From an uncultured Clostridia bacterium (GTDB lineage: Bacteria > Bacillota > Clostridia > TANB77 > CAG-508), in NCBI GenBank assembly GCA_947594985.1, contig CANQEK010000001.1, positions 1-55,803 on the forward strand: DNA of 55,803 bases, read 5' to 3'. The position numbers were made by a program, and so were the translations under genes. Of the stretch, positions 20,414 through 30,916 are shown in pieces. Every line of letters begins with the position of its first letter. Within the stretch, counting starts at the first letter, position 1. The notes beneath the pieces are model-generated. The model had not been told where the DNA came from, ran no database searches, and was given only the letters and a program-made list of their open reading frames with translations.

Positions 20414-23400
20414 TTAATTTATTAATACTTTTATGTCCTTATTTAAGAAAAGTGAATAAATATAAGTCTCTGTTACTTTCTTCCCCAAGGCTTGTTCTAA
20501 TGCATTTTTATATATTTTTAACTGACTATAATATTTATCTATTAAACTTTTTTCTTTTCCATCTTCAATATAATCTGTTTTATAATCTACTAAAATAATT
20601 TCATTTTTTTCAGTTATTGCATATAAATCTATTATACCTTGTACTAAAATTGTTTGATTTTTTGCTTCTTTAAAAACTTCTTTTGCTTCAATTTTACAAC
20701 AAAAAGCTTTTTCTTTTTCTATTATTTTTGACCTTTTTATTTTATTTGCTAAATCAGACTTTAAAAATTCTTGTACTTTATTTATTTTAATAAATTTGCT
20801 TTCTTCCAAAGTTATTATATTTTTAGAAATTAATTCTTGTTTTAAATTCTCAAGTTTTTCCAATGAATAATCTTCTCTAAAATCTATTTTTTGCATAAAA
20901 AAGTGTATTACTGTTCCTCTTCTAGTTGCAGAAATATTTTCCTCTAAATCCATAAATCTAGGTGTTATTTCTGCTATTCCAATTTCTTTATTATTAAGCA
21001 TATTAAAATCTAAAATATCATTTTCAAAATCTGATTGATTACTTTTTAGCTCTTTAATTTTACTAACTGTACTTTTAATTGGTAATCTAGTAGAAACATT
21101 TTCATTATATAACCAGTTAAATTCTTCATCAAATTTTTTATAATCGATTTCTTTGTCAAAATCAAATTCTCTTATTTCTATTTCCTCTTTTACTTCATCA
21201 ACAATCACATCTTTCTTGTTATATTCATTAATATTTATTAAATTATTTAAATCTCCATTTAATATAACAAGTAAAATCCAATCTAAATAAGATGTATATT
21301 TTTTTAATAAAATTGGACTTAATTTTTTATTTTCTGTTTTATATATTTTTAAAAGTTCTTTCTTTTTCTCTAAATCTTTTTTATAATCTTTACACACTCC
21401 TGTAATAATTAATTTTTCCTTAGCTCTTGTTAATGCAACATATAATACTCTCATTTCTTCAGAAATCGTTTCTTCTTTTGAAATTATTTTTATTGCATCT
21501 TTTGCAGAAGTAGAATATTCTATCATTTTTTCATAATTTATATACTGTGGACCTATCCCCAAATTTTGATGCAATAATAAATTAGAATTTATATCTTGAA
21601 AATTTATTTTTTTTGAAGTACTAGCCAAAAATACAATTGGAAATTCTAGCCCTTTACTTTTATGAATACTCATTATTCTAACTACATCTTCATTTTCACC
21701 TATTATTTTAGCAGAAGACATGTCACTATTACCATTTTTTAATCTTTCTATAAACAATATAAAATTAAATAAACCTTTAAAACTAGTTTTTTCATATTCT
21801 TTAGCTCTTTCAAATAACATTCTTAAATTTGCTTGTCTTAATGAACCGTTTGGCATTAAACCAACATAATTATAAAATCCTGTATCTGTATAAATTTGTG
21901 ATATTAGCTCTGCTAAAGATAAGTAATCACTTTCTTTTCTCCATTTTTCAATATTATTTAAAAATTCTAAAATTTTCTCCTTTAATTCTCCTGTTAAACT
22001 TTCTTTAGCTGTAATAAGACTATAATAAAAAGATTTTTCTTTGTTACATAATCTTATTTCAACAATTTCGTTATCATTAAACCCACCTATTTCTGAACGA
22101 AGAACTGATACTAAACTAATATCATCTATAGGATTATCTATTATTTTTAAAACATTTATTATTGTTTGAATTTCTATTGTATCCAAATATTCATTAGAAC
22201 TATCAGAAAAAACAGGTATATTATTTTTAAGTAATGATTTTTCATATATAGGTGCAATTCTAGCCGTTGAACGAAGTAATATTACTATATCTTTGTATGT
22301 AACATCTCTATATCCAACTTTTTTGTCTTTTACCTGAACTTTTGAGTTAATAATCTCCTGTATTTTTTTTGATATAAAAGTTGCTTCTAATTCTTCTTTT
22401 TCTAATCTTTTAAAATCTTCTTCAACTTTTTCATTAATCTCTAAATAATCAATTTTTATATTGTTATTTTCTATAACTTTTGTTTCATCACTATCTCCTA
22501 TACTTTCCATAAAAATATCTTCTTCATTTTCTTTTAAATCAATTATATTAAGTTCTGCATTATCTAAAATATTTTCATGTTTTTCATCATAATCTGCACC
22601 AAGATTTAAAAATTCCTCTTCATTATAATTAACATTTCCTAATTTTTTGCTCATAATAGAATTAAAAATTCTATTAGTTATATCTAAAACATTTTGTCTA
22701 CTTCTAAAATTTTTAAATAGCTGTATTTTCAATCCTTTTTCATTTCCATTTAAATCATATTGTTCATACTTTTCCATAAACAGCTCTGGGCAAGCTTGAC
22801 GAAATTTATAAATACTTTGTTTTACATCTCCAACCATAAATAAATTATTTCCACGAGATACACTATTTAATATAAATTCTTGTACTTTATTGCTATCTTG
22901 ATACTCATCTATTGCTATTTCTTCAAATTTTTGTTGATATTTTTTGGCAACATCAGTCGGAACATATTTTCCACTTTCATTCTTTTTTAATAATATTTTT
23001 AATGCATAATGCTCAATATCATTAAAATCAATAATATTTCTTTCTCTTTTTTTATAATTAAATTCATTATCAAATTTAATTATTACATTTTTAAGAATAT
23101 CTAGAATTTCATACATATCATAAATATCATTATAAGCAGATTGTGAATCATATATAAGAGTTTCTTTTAATGTATTCATTATTTTAGTTTTTATTGCATT
23201 TCTAGCAATTTTAGCTTCTTCTTTTATTTCTAAAACAATTTTTCTATTTTGTGGCCAAGTTGCAAATTTCATGTCCTTTACTATTTTATACGCATTATCC
23301 CATGATACAAATGTAGCATCATATACTTGTTTTAATAGTTCAATATCTGATTCAATTGTTAATTTGTATTTTTCTAATTCATAATACTTTTCTAGCTTAT

Positions 23401-24094
23401 TTCTAATTGCTTTTAAATTGTTAATTCCATCTATAATTTCTTCTTGTAAATTATTAATTAGAATTTTTCCCCAAGGACTTTTTGAAAAATCTGGATCTTC
23501 TACTTTTTTAAACATTTCTATTTTTTCTACTAGCCAATCTTTAGGAAATGGCGCACTTTGCATAAAATTATATATTCTTAAAACAATTTCTTTTAATTGT
23601 TCATCTCCTCGATATCCAGTATATGTATCTACTAATTTTGCAAAATCTGGATTTTCTTCATCATACAATTTTTCAAATAAATCTTCTAATACCTCTTGTT
23701 TTAAAAGTTCAATTTCTTCTTCTGTTCCTATTCGAAAGTTTGCTGACAAATCTATCTCAAAAAAATTATTTTTTATCACATCTAAACAAAAAGAATGAAT
23801 TGTACATATATTAGATTTTCCTAATAGTACAACTTGTCTTTGTAAATTTTCATTTTCTGGATCTTCATCAATCTTTTTATATATTGCTTCTAATACTCTT
23901 TCACGCATTTCTGAAGCAGCTGCATTAGTAAAAGTAACTACTAAAAGTTTATCTATATCAATACCTTCTTTTAAAATTTTTTGAATTATTCGTTCAACTA
24001 AAACTGCTGTCTTTCCACTTCCAGCAGCTGCTGCAACTAATAAATTAGATCCTTTTTTATTTATTGCATCTTTTTGTTCTTTTGTCCAATCCAT
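20414..24094 (-). CDS. addA: ATP-dependent helicase/nuclease subunit A (AddA, UvrD/Rep-type helicase plus RecB-family nuclease)
   Basis: 1226 aa. N-terminal WTKEQKDAI...AAAGSGKTAVLVERI (motif I). C-terminal nuclease motif QGIIDLYAI...ILVDYKTD. Confidence 0.9.
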   Translation of the reverse strand: MDWTKEQKDAINKKGSNLLVAAAAGSGKTAVLVERIIQKILKEGIDIDKLLVVTFTNAAASEMRERVLEAIYKKIDEDPENENLQRQVVLLGKSNICTIHSFCLDVIKNNFFEIDLSANFRIGTEEEIELLKQEVLEDLFEKLYDEENPDFAKLVDTYTGYRGDEQLKEIVLRIYNFMQSAPFPKDWLVEKIEMFKKVEDPDFSKSPWGKILINNLQEEIIDGINNLKAIRNKLEKYYELEKYKLTIESDIELLKQVYDATFVSWDNAYKIVKDMKFATWPQNRKIVLEIKEEAKIARNAIKTKIMNTLKETLIYDSQSAYNDIYDMYEILDILKNVIIKFDNEFNYKKRERNIIDFNDIEHYALKILLKKNESGKYVPTDVAKKYQQKFEEIAIDEYQDSNKVQEFILNSVSRGNNLFMVGDVKQSIYKFRQACPELFMEKYEQYDLNGNEKGLKIQLFKNFRSRQNVLDITNRIFNSIMSKKLGNVNYNEEEFLNLGADYDEKHENILDNAELNIIDLKENEEDIFMESIGDSDETKVIENNNIKIDYLEINEKVEEDFKRLEKEELEATFISKKIQEIINSKVQVKDKKVGYRDVTYKDIVILLRSTARIAPIYEKSLLKNNIPVFSDSSNEYLDTIEIQTIINVLKIIDNPIDDISLVSVLRSEIGGFNDNEIVEIRLCNKEKSFYYSLITAKESLTGELKEKILEFLNNIEKWRKESDYLSLAELISQIYTDTGFYNYVGLMPNGSLRQANLRMLFERAKEYEKTSFKGLFNFILFIERLKNGNSDMSSAKIIGENEDVVRIMSIHKSKGLEFPIVFLASTSKKINFQDINSNLLLHQNLGIGPQYINYEKMIEYSTSAKDAIKIISKEETISEEMRVLYVALTRAKEKLIITGVCKDYKKDLEKKKELLKIYKTENKKLSPILLKKYTSYLDWILLVILNGDLNNLININEYNKKDVIVDEVKEEIEIREFDFDKEIDYKKFDEEFNWLYNENVSTRLPIKSTVSKIKELKSNQSDFENDILDFNMLNNKEIGIAEITPRFMDLEENISATRRGTVIHFFMQKIDFREDYSLEKLENLKQELISKNIITLEESKFIKINKVQEFLKSDLANKIKRSKIIEKEKAFCCKIEAKEVFKEAKNQTILVQGIIDLYAITEKNEIILVDYKTDYIEDGKEKSLIDKYYSQLKIYKNALEQALGKKVTETYIYSLFLNKDIKVLIN

Positions 24095-24549
24095 TTATCT
24101 TCCCTCACTATTAATATTATATATTTATAAAATTTTATAAAAAATACTATTTAATTTATATATCTTTTAATTATTATACATTTATAAAATTTTTTTATAA
24201 ATAACGTTTATATATCTTTTTTATTTCAAATAAACTTATTAAATATTAATATTTTTCAATACTTTAATTTGTTTTTTAATATAGCACATATATAAATTAG
24301 TGTCAACACAACAAAATCATAGATTAATTTAATTTGCAAAAAATAAAATTTTACTGAATTATCTAAATATTTTACTCTATAATAAATTTTTTGAAAAAAT
24401 TTGAACAATTTTTAATCACAAAATAATTATTATAAATTTGAATATAAAAACTTTATATGTAAATAATAAAATTAAAAGAATCGAAGGATTTAGTTCAAAA
24501 TTTTTTTGCAATATATACCTTCAAGTAACGCAAGAAAGGAATATTTTAT

Positions 24550-24975
24550 ATGGATGATTTAACAATATTAAATGAAATTCATAAAGGAGTAACTATGGGA
24601 ATGTCTTCATTAGAAGAAGTATCTGAAAAAAGTTCAGATAGTGAATTTAGAGATGAACTTAGTACTCAATACAAAACATATCAAACAACTTTAAATAAAG
24701 TTAATGATGAATTTTCTAAAATAGGTGAAATACCTGATGATACTCCTGTAACTCAAAAAGTTATGGGATGGACAGGAATTCAAATGAATACAATGACTGA
24801 TACTTCCAATACAAAATTATCTGAATTATTAATTCAAGGATATGATATGGGAGTTATAAAAGGATTTAAATTATTAAATCAAAGCCCAGAAGCAACACAA
24901 AGTGTTAAAGACATATTAAATGGTTTTATTAGACTTCAAGAAAATAATATAAACAGATTAAAAAAATTTTTATAA
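24550..24975 (+). CDS. Small helical cytoplasmic protein, function unknown
   Basis: 141-aa ORF with AAAGGAA SD. One of only two plus-strand genes. Followed by a strong hairpin. Confidence 0.6.
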   Translation: MDDLTILNEIHKGVTMGMSSLEEVSEKSSDSEFRDELSTQYKTYQTTLNKVNDEFSKIGEIPDDTPVTQKVMGWTGIQMNTMTDTSNTKLSELLIQGYDMGVIKGFKLLNQSPEATQSVKDILNGFIRLQENNINRLKKFL

Positions 24976-24983
24976 TATTAAGG

Positions 24984-25021
24984 CCCTTAAATAGCAACAT
25001 GCTATTTAAGGGCACTTTTTT
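24984..25021. terminator. Bidirectional terminator between convergent genes
   Basis: 13-bp stem CCCTTAAATAGCA (24984-24996) / TGCTATTTAAGGG (25000-25012), then a T-run on the plus strand. Confidence 0.75.
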
Positions 25022-25029
25022 ACTTTAAT

Positions 25030-26637
25030 TTAATTTTCTACACTTTGATTTGTTTCAGGATTAGTATTTTCTTCCGGTTTTTTTGCTGGATTTTGTTTAT
25101 GGCATCTACTACAAATACCAGTTTGTTCATCAAATTGATGTCCTAAAGCATCACGTGTTTCATCTTTTGTTTCACCACATTTTGAACATTTATAATGATC
25201 TTTTCCATCTGTTTCACAACCAGCTTCAATACTACCATTTGGATCTTTAACAAAATTATGTCCTGTCATAGGTATTATGTCTTCTTTAGTTTCTCCACAT
25301 TTAGAACATTTATATGTTATACTTCCATTTTCTGTGCAAGTAGCCGCTTTTTTTGGTACATCATTATCTTCTTCCCATTTATGAGTATGACTTAATTTTT
25401 CAATTTTTTGTGTTTCTTCTTGTTTACAAATACTGCATTCTCTTTTCTCTAATCCTTCTTCTTCTTCGGTAGGCTCTGTTATAATTTCCCATTTACCAAA
25501 TTTATGACCTGTTTTAGGAATTACTACTTCTTGAGTTTCACCACAAGAACATCTCATAATTTTCTTTCCATCTGCTGTGCAAGTAGCTTTTTGTTCACTT
25601 TTTGGAACAAGTGTATTAAAATCATGGGTATGTTTAGCATTTGCTGTTGCACCATAAGAGAAAAATGCTACATTCATATCAACTCTTCCTGATATTCCAG
25701 GAACACTACCACCACTTGTATATTGCCACATATGATAACTTGATGCATAATCTGTTTGTGATGTATAATGAGCTAACCAGAATTTACAAGAGAAATTTCC
25801 TCTTCCCATTCGTCCTATATCCGTTTTATTAGCATATATCATTGGTTCATAACCTTGTGATTGAACATAATTTAAAAATGTTAATGCATTTCTTGCAGCT
25901 TGACCTCCATCAACACCTGCACATCTATTTCTATTAAATTCTTCAAAATCATATACAACTGGATATGTTATTCTATATGTAGCAATTTTTTGAGCAACCC
26001 ATATAGCTTCTTGTAATGCTTCTGTTTCATTTATAGCTGCTGAGTAAAAATAAATTCCAACCTTTACTCCATTTGCAGTTGCGGCATTTACATTTTGTTT
26101 AAAGCAAGCATCTTCCATTATTGCCCCTGAACCATAACCTCTATATCCGCATCTAATCATTGCAAAATCAATTCCACTAGCTTTAACTGCAGCCCAATTT
26201 ATATTTCCTTGCCATGATGAAACATCTATACCATAAGATTTTACTCCTGTATTTTCAAACATTGCAGCTGTATCAGCTTGTGAAACTTCTGCTCCACCTT
26301 TCTTTCTATTGTTTTCAGGATCTTCTGCTGACTTTCTAGGTGCAACTTTTGATTTAGGAACCTCTACAGTCATATTTCCAAATGTAACTTCTTCTTTTAA
26401 TGGTTCATCAATTGTACTATCCTTACGTACAACTACAACTTCTTCTTTTATTTCTGGAACAACATCTTCTTGTAATTGTAAATTTTTTGTTGCTGCACTA
26501 ACAACCTGTATATCTTTTTGAGTATAACTTAATTTTTTATATGCATATGCTCCTACACCTGTTGTTACAGCTATAGTTGGGATAGCTATCATTGCTACTT
26601 TCATTTGTAATGAAAGATTTTTAAAAAATTTTATCAT
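25030..26637 (-). CDS. Membrane-anchored GH25 muramidase (lysozyme) with C-terminal Cys-rich repeat modules
   Basis: 535 aa with N-terminal TM. GH25 motif YGIDVSSWQGNINWAAVKASGIDFAMIRCGYRGYG. Three to four C-terminal modules of the form C-x4-G-x5-7-C-x2-CGET...GH-x-F. Confidence 0.85.
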   Translation of the reverse strand: MIKFFKNLSLQMKVAMIAIPTIAVTTGVGAYAYKKLSYTQKDIQVVSAATKNLQLQEDVVPEIKEEVVVVRKDSTIDEPLKEEVTFGNMTVEVPKSKVAPRKSAEDPENNRKKGGAEVSQADTAAMFENTGVKSYGIDVSSWQGNINWAAVKASGIDFAMIRCGYRGYGSGAIMEDACFKQNVNAATANGVKVGIYFYSAAINETEALQEAIWVAQKIATYRITYPVVYDFEEFNRNRCAGVDGGQAARNALTFLNYVQSQGYEPMIYANKTDIGRMGRGNFSCKFWLAHYTSQTDYASSYHMWQYTSGGSVPGISGRVDMNVAFFSYGATANAKHTHDFNTLVPKSEQKATCTADGKKIMRCSCGETQEVVIPKTGHKFGKWEIITEPTEEEEGLEKRECSICKQEETQKIEKLSHTHKWEEDNDVPKKAATCTENGSITYKCSKCGETKEDIIPMTGHNFVKDPNGSIEAGCETDGKDHYKCSKCGETKDETRDALGHQFDEQTGICSRCHKQNPAKKPEENTNPETNQSVEN

Positions 26638-26716
26638 TTCTCATTAACCTCACATTAAATAAATATATTAAATATCAAATTTATTATAACCTTAATAAAA
26701 TTTATGGTCAACCCTA

Positions 26717-26832
26717 TTTTTATAACATTTTTATAATAATTTTATAATATTTTTATTTAATTTTATAATATTTTTATTTAATTTTATAATATTTTTATTT
26801 AATTTTATAATATTTTTTAATTTAATAATATT
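26717..26832. repeat. 21-bp tandem repeat TTTTATAATATTTTTATTTAA (three perfect copies flanked by degenerate copies)
   Basis: Perfect units at 26740-26760, 26761-26781 and 26782-26802, with degenerate copies on both sides. Located in the intergenic region between the muramidase start and the pheT stop. Confidence 0.85.
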
Positions 26833-26888
26833 ATTACTCAATTAATAAAAACTTGATTTATATTTTTAATTCATATTATTATAACTAC

Positions 26889-29261
26889 TTATTTTCTAAG
26901 CTCTGCATTAAAAGCTTTTTGCAAACTTTCAATGATTTTCTCAATTATTGGATTAATTTCTTCATCTGTTAATGTTTTATTATTTGATCCGAATGTTAAT
27001 GAATATGCAACACTTTTTTTGTTTCCTAAAATTTGATTTGTATAAATATCAAATAACTTATAATTTACAAGTAAATTTCCTCCTGCCTTTTTTATAACCT
27101 TGGAAATTTCATCAGCTGTGACATTTTTATCAATAGTAAAAGCAATGTCTTTATTTACAGTTGGATATACAGAAATATCCTTAAATTTCATTTTTGAAAC
27201 TTTTTTAGATAACAATTTATTTAAATTAATTTCAAAAACATAAACAGAATCTTTTGATATTTCTGGATGAATTCTTCCAATAACCCCAACAATATCTCCA
27301 TTAACATTTATTTCAGCAACTTGACCTGGATGAAATTCTGAAATTGTATTTTTAGGTATAACAAAACTATATCTATTTTCATATCCCAAGTAATCTAAAA
27401 CTTCTTCTACAACACCTTTAATAACATAAAAATCAACATTTTTCTTTGTATCTATTCCTAAATAATATTCTCCTGTCATTAAGCAACATAGCTTTTTATC
27501 TTCACCATATATATCGCCTTTTTTCCAAAATCCTTTTCCTATTTCAAATATAGAAACATCTTTTATATAGTGAGCTTTATTGTATTCAAAAATTTTATAA
27601 AGAGAATTAATTAAACTATATCTTAAAACATTTTTCTCCTCTGTCATTGGAGCTAATAATTTTAATTCTTCAAATTCATCAGAAGTAAATTTATGAACAT
27701 CTTTATCACCTATTAAAATATAAGATAATGTTTCATTAAGTCCTAACGAAATCATCTTATTTCTAATTTCTATATCTGTTTTATCAACACTGCCTATTTT
27801 TATTGGTGTAACTGGTAATTTTCCTTTTATATTATTAACTCCATAAATTCTTCCAACTTCTTCAATTAAATCTTCTTTAATTGAAATATCTAATCTTCTT
27901 GTAGGAATCTTTACAGTAATTATATTGTCCTTGACACTTGTCTCAAAATCTAATCTTCTAAAAACATCTATTGTTTCATCATTAGTTATATTAGTTCCTA
28001 ATAAACTATTTATATCATCTACTGTAATATCAATTTCTTTATATTCTTTGTTTGTTACATCATAAACTACTTTTCCAGTTTGAATTTGTGCATCTGCATA
28101 TTCTTCTAGTAATTTCACAGCTCTTTCCATTGCCATATAAGCTCTAGCAGGATCTAATCCTTTCTCAAAACGATTACTTGCTTCGCTTCTTAGTATTTTA
28201 TTAGATGTTTTTCTAATTTTTACATTATTAAATATAGCTGATTCTATCAATACATTCTTGGTTGTTCCTACTATTTCTGTATCTAATCCACCCATTACAC
28301 CAGCTAACCCAATAGCTCTTTTTCCATCAGAAATAACAATATCTGTTTCTTCTAATACTCTTTTATTTCCATCTAATGTAGTAAGAATCTCCCCTTTATT
28401 TGCCATTCTAACTTCTATAACATTTTCTAGCTTATCAGCATCATAAAAATGTAATGGTTGACCACACTCTAACATTACATAATTACTTATATCAACAACA
28501 TTATTGATTGGTCTTATTCCACAAGCAATTAATCTGTTTCTAATAAAATCTGGGCTTTCTTTTATAGTAACATTTAATGCTTTTCTAGCAATAAATAAAG
28601 TGCAATTATCTGTATTTACTTTTACTGAAAAAGAATTATTTAAATCTTCTCCAAACTCATTATGTGACAAATCTGGTAATCTAACTTTTTTATTATAAAT
28701 TGCTCCAACTTCATATGCCATTCCTAAAATGCTTAACAAATCACCTCTATTTGCAGTAAGTTCAAAATCAATTATACTATCATCTAATTTCATATATTTT
28801 GCTGGAGATTCTCCAATTGGAGCCTTATCGTCCAAAATATGAATACCATTTTTATCTTCTTCAGATAAAAATTTTTTATCTATACCAATCTCATATAATG
28901 CACATATCATTCCATTAGATTCTTGACCTCTAATAATTCCTTTTTTTATTACTATTCCTCCTGGAAGTTCTGCTCCAACTAAGGCAACAATAACTTTAAT
29001 TCCCTCTCTAACATTTGGCGCTCCACAAACAATATTTAATACTTCTGTACCAATATCAACTTTGCAACAATGTAAATGATCTGAATCAGGATGATTTACA
29101 CATTCTATAACCTTTCCAATTACTAAATTAGTCGCTGGAATTAATTCTGATGCCAAATCATATTCATTTCCCACTTTAGTCATATCTTCAGCTAAAGTTG
29201 TTATATCAATACTCTCATCTATATCTATATAATCTTTTAAGAAATTTCTACTTAATATCAT
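26889..29261 (-). CDS. pheT: Phenylalanine--tRNA ligase beta subunit
   Basis: Start at ATG 29261 (MILSRNFLKDYIDI), preceded by AGGAGA. tRNA-binding domain (GKVIECVNHPDSDHLHCCKVDIG), B3/4, B5 and C-terminal FDX-ACB-like regions. Confidence 0.93.
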   Translation of the reverse strand: MILSRNFLKDYIDIDESIDITTLAEDMTKVGNEYDLASELIPATNLVIGKVIECVNHPDSDHLHCCKVDIGTEVLNIVCGAPNVREGIKVIVALVGAELPGGIVIKKGIIRGQESNGMICALYEIGIDKKFLSEEDKNGIHILDDKAPIGESPAKYMKLDDSIIDFELTANRGDLLSILGMAYEVGAIYNKKVRLPDLSHNEFGEDLNNSFSVKVNTDNCTLFIARKALNVTIKESPDFIRNRLIACGIRPINNVVDISNYVMLECGQPLHFYDADKLENVIEVRMANKGEILTTLDGNKRVLEETDIVISDGKRAIGLAGVMGGLDTEIVGTTKNVLIESAIFNNVKIRKTSNKILRSEASNRFEKGLDPARAYMAMERAVKLLEEYADAQIQTGKVVYDVTNKEYKEIDITVDDINSLLGTNITNDETIDVFRRLDFETSVKDNIITVKIPTRRLDISIKEDLIEEVGRIYGVNNIKGKLPVTPIKIGSVDKTDIEIRNKMISLGLNETLSYILIGDKDVHKFTSDEFEELKLLAPMTEEKNVLRYSLINSLYKIFEYNKAHYIKDVSIFEIGKGFWKKGDIYGEDKKLCCLMTGEYYLGIDTKKNVDFYVIKGVVEEVLDYLGYENRYSFVIPKNTISEFHPGQVAEINVNGDIVGVIGRIHPEISKDSVYVFEINLNKLLSKKVSKMKFKDISVYPTVNKDIAFTIDKNVTADEISKVIKKAGGNLLVNYKLFDIYTNQILGNKKSVAYSLTFGSNNKTLTDEEINPIIEKIIESLQKAFNAELRK

Positions 29262-29301
29262 AATATTTTCTCCTATTCTTATAAAATAATATATTAATTT
29301 T

Positions 29302-30354
29302 TTAAAAATTATTATCTTTTCTATCAAATTGTTTTAAAAATCTAACATCATTTGTATATAAATATCTCATATCTGTAATTCCATATTTGAACATTGCTAA
29401 TCTATCAATTCCAGTACCAAAAGCAAAACCAGAATATCTTTCTGGATCATATCCGTTCATTTCTAAAACTTTTGGGTGAACCATACCTGAACCTAATAGC
29501 TCTATCCAACCAGTTTTTTTACATAATGAACAGCCTTTTCCACCACATTTAAAACAAGTAACATCAACTTCATAAGAAGGTTCAGTAAATGGGAAATAAC
29601 TTGGTCTAAATCTTAATTCAGTATTTTCCCCTAACATTTTTTTCATAAATACTTCTAATGTTCCTTTTAAATCTGCAAGAGAAATATTCTTTTCTTTATA
29701 ATCAACAACTAATCCTTCAACTTGATTAAATTGATGTGAGTGTGTAGCATCATCTTCTTTTCTATATGTTTTTCCAATACAGATCATTCTTATAGGAGTT
29801 TTATTTTCATTTCCTAACATTGTCCTTGCTTGAACTGAAGATGTTTGAGTTCTAAGTAAATATTCATCAGTTATATAAAAACTATCTTGCATATCTCTTG
29901 CAGGATGCCCCTTTGGAAGATTCAATCTTTCAAAACAAAACTCGTCTGTCTCAAGTTCTGGCCCATCAACAACATCATATCCCATAGAAACAAAAATATC
30001 TTGAATTTCTTCAATAACTCTATTAATTGGATGTTTACTTCCTCTAGTGATTTTAGTACTTGGTGCTGTTATATCAATTTTTTCCTTCTCTAATTTTTGA
30101 TTCATTACTTTTTCTTTTAATTTTTTTTCAGCTGTTCCAATTTTTTCTTCTAATTCTTGTCTTGCTTCATTAACTAAACTTCCTATTTTAGGTCTTTCTT
30201 CTTTAGCAACTGTCCCTAACCCTTTTAAAAGATCAGATAATTCACTTTTCTTTCCTAATAATCTTACTTTTAATTCCTGCAATTCTTGTAAATCTTCAAT
30301 CTTATTTATTCTCTCTTTAGCAGAATTTACAATTTGTTCGATTCTTTCTTTCAT
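29302..30354 (-). CDS. pheS: Phenylalanine--tRNA ligase alpha subunit
   Basis: Start at ATG 30354 ([10 protein letters not shown]), preceded by AAAGGAA. Class II motifs ...[11 protein letters not shown]..., ...[12 protein letters not shown]..., [13 protein letters not shown]. Confidence 0.93.
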   Translation of the reverse strand: MKERIEQIVNSAKERINKIEDLQELQELKVRLLGKKSELSDLLKGLGTVAKEERPKIGSLVNEARQELEEKIGTAEKKLKEKVMNQKLEKEKIDITAPSTKITRGSKHPINRVIEEIQDIFVSMGYDVVDGPELETDEFCFERLNLPKGHPARDMQDSFYITDEYLLRTQTSSVQARTMLGNENKTPIRMICIGKTYRKEDDATHSHQFNQVEGLVVDYKEKNISLADLKGTLEVFMKKMLGENTELRFRPSYFPFTEPSYEVDVTCFKCGGKGCSLCKKTGWIELLGSGMVHPKVLEMNGYDPERYSGFAFGTGIDRLAMFKYGITDMRYLYTNDVRFLKQFDRKDNNF

Positions 30355-30650
30355 TTGCTCAAATTCCTTTCTTAATTTATTATTTATAAAAAAAAACGCC
30401 CTAATAAATAGGACGTATAATTTACGTGTTACCACCTAACTTCATTAATTATTTTCTTAATTAACCTCATTATAGTTATAACGTAACAAACGCTTATCAC
30501 TACTTATTTTCACAATAAGAACCTCAAAAGTGAAATTTCAGTAAACTATATATAAACAAATTCTCAGCGTAACATTTGTTTTCTCTTTAATATATTTTTA
30601 ATTTACTTACTTTGCTTTTTACTAACGGTTATAATATTTACTTTATATTT
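30355..30650 (-). promoter_or_regulatory. T-box leader (Phe specifier) controlling pheST
   Basis: Minus-strand T-box sequence AGGTGGTAACACG (30425-30437). Terminator CGTCCTA/TAGGGCG plus U9 (30388-30416). AGAGA box. Specifier-loop context GAAATTTCA with UUC at 30532-30534 followed by A. Confidence 0.8.
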
Positions 30651-30657
30651 CTTTTAG

Positions 30658-30686
30658 ATAATAACATATTTTTATTAAAATTTCAA
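30658..30686 (-). promoter_or_regulatory. Sigma-A-type promoter of the pheST T-box leader
   Basis: Minus-strand TTGAAA (30681-30686), 17-nt spacer, TATTAT (30658-30663). Confidence 0.5.
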
Positions 30687-30711
30687 TATTTAAAATCTTT
30701 TTTATTCTCTT

Positions 30712-30852
30712 ATATCACGTTCTTCTTCTCCGATTTTTTATTTGAACATCAATAATAGGAGAATAAGATCTTTTCCAATACTTTATAGGGTTATTGTAAG
30801 GGTTTAGACCATTACGATAAGAAGTATTTAATTTTTCTAAAAAATCTTCCAT
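30712..30852 (-). CDS. Possible small ORF (46 aa, basic C-terminus), unlisted in the ORF track
   Basis: ATG at 30852. Translation MEDFLEKLNTSYRNGLNPYNNPIKYWKRSYSPIIDVQIKNRRRRT. No convincing SD. Confidence 0.2.
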
Positions 30853-30916
30853 TTTTATTTTAATTCAACACTTTGCATAAGCCTTCTAGTTGAATTATCT
30901 CCCTTCCTCAAAAATA

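Noticed and set aside
24095-24549. A hidden degraded addB or an RNA gene in the 455-bp gap upstream of addA.
   Set aside because: No frame stays open for more than a few codons. The sequence is nearly pure A/T with palindromic promoter-like strings, and no tRNA-like or GC-rich structured segment is visible.
26717-26832. Possible CRISPR array, because of the regularly repeated units.
   Set aside because: The units are directly adjacent with no spacers, are 21 bp long and almost pure A/T. This is a minisatellite, not a CRISPR array. No cas genes are present in the window.
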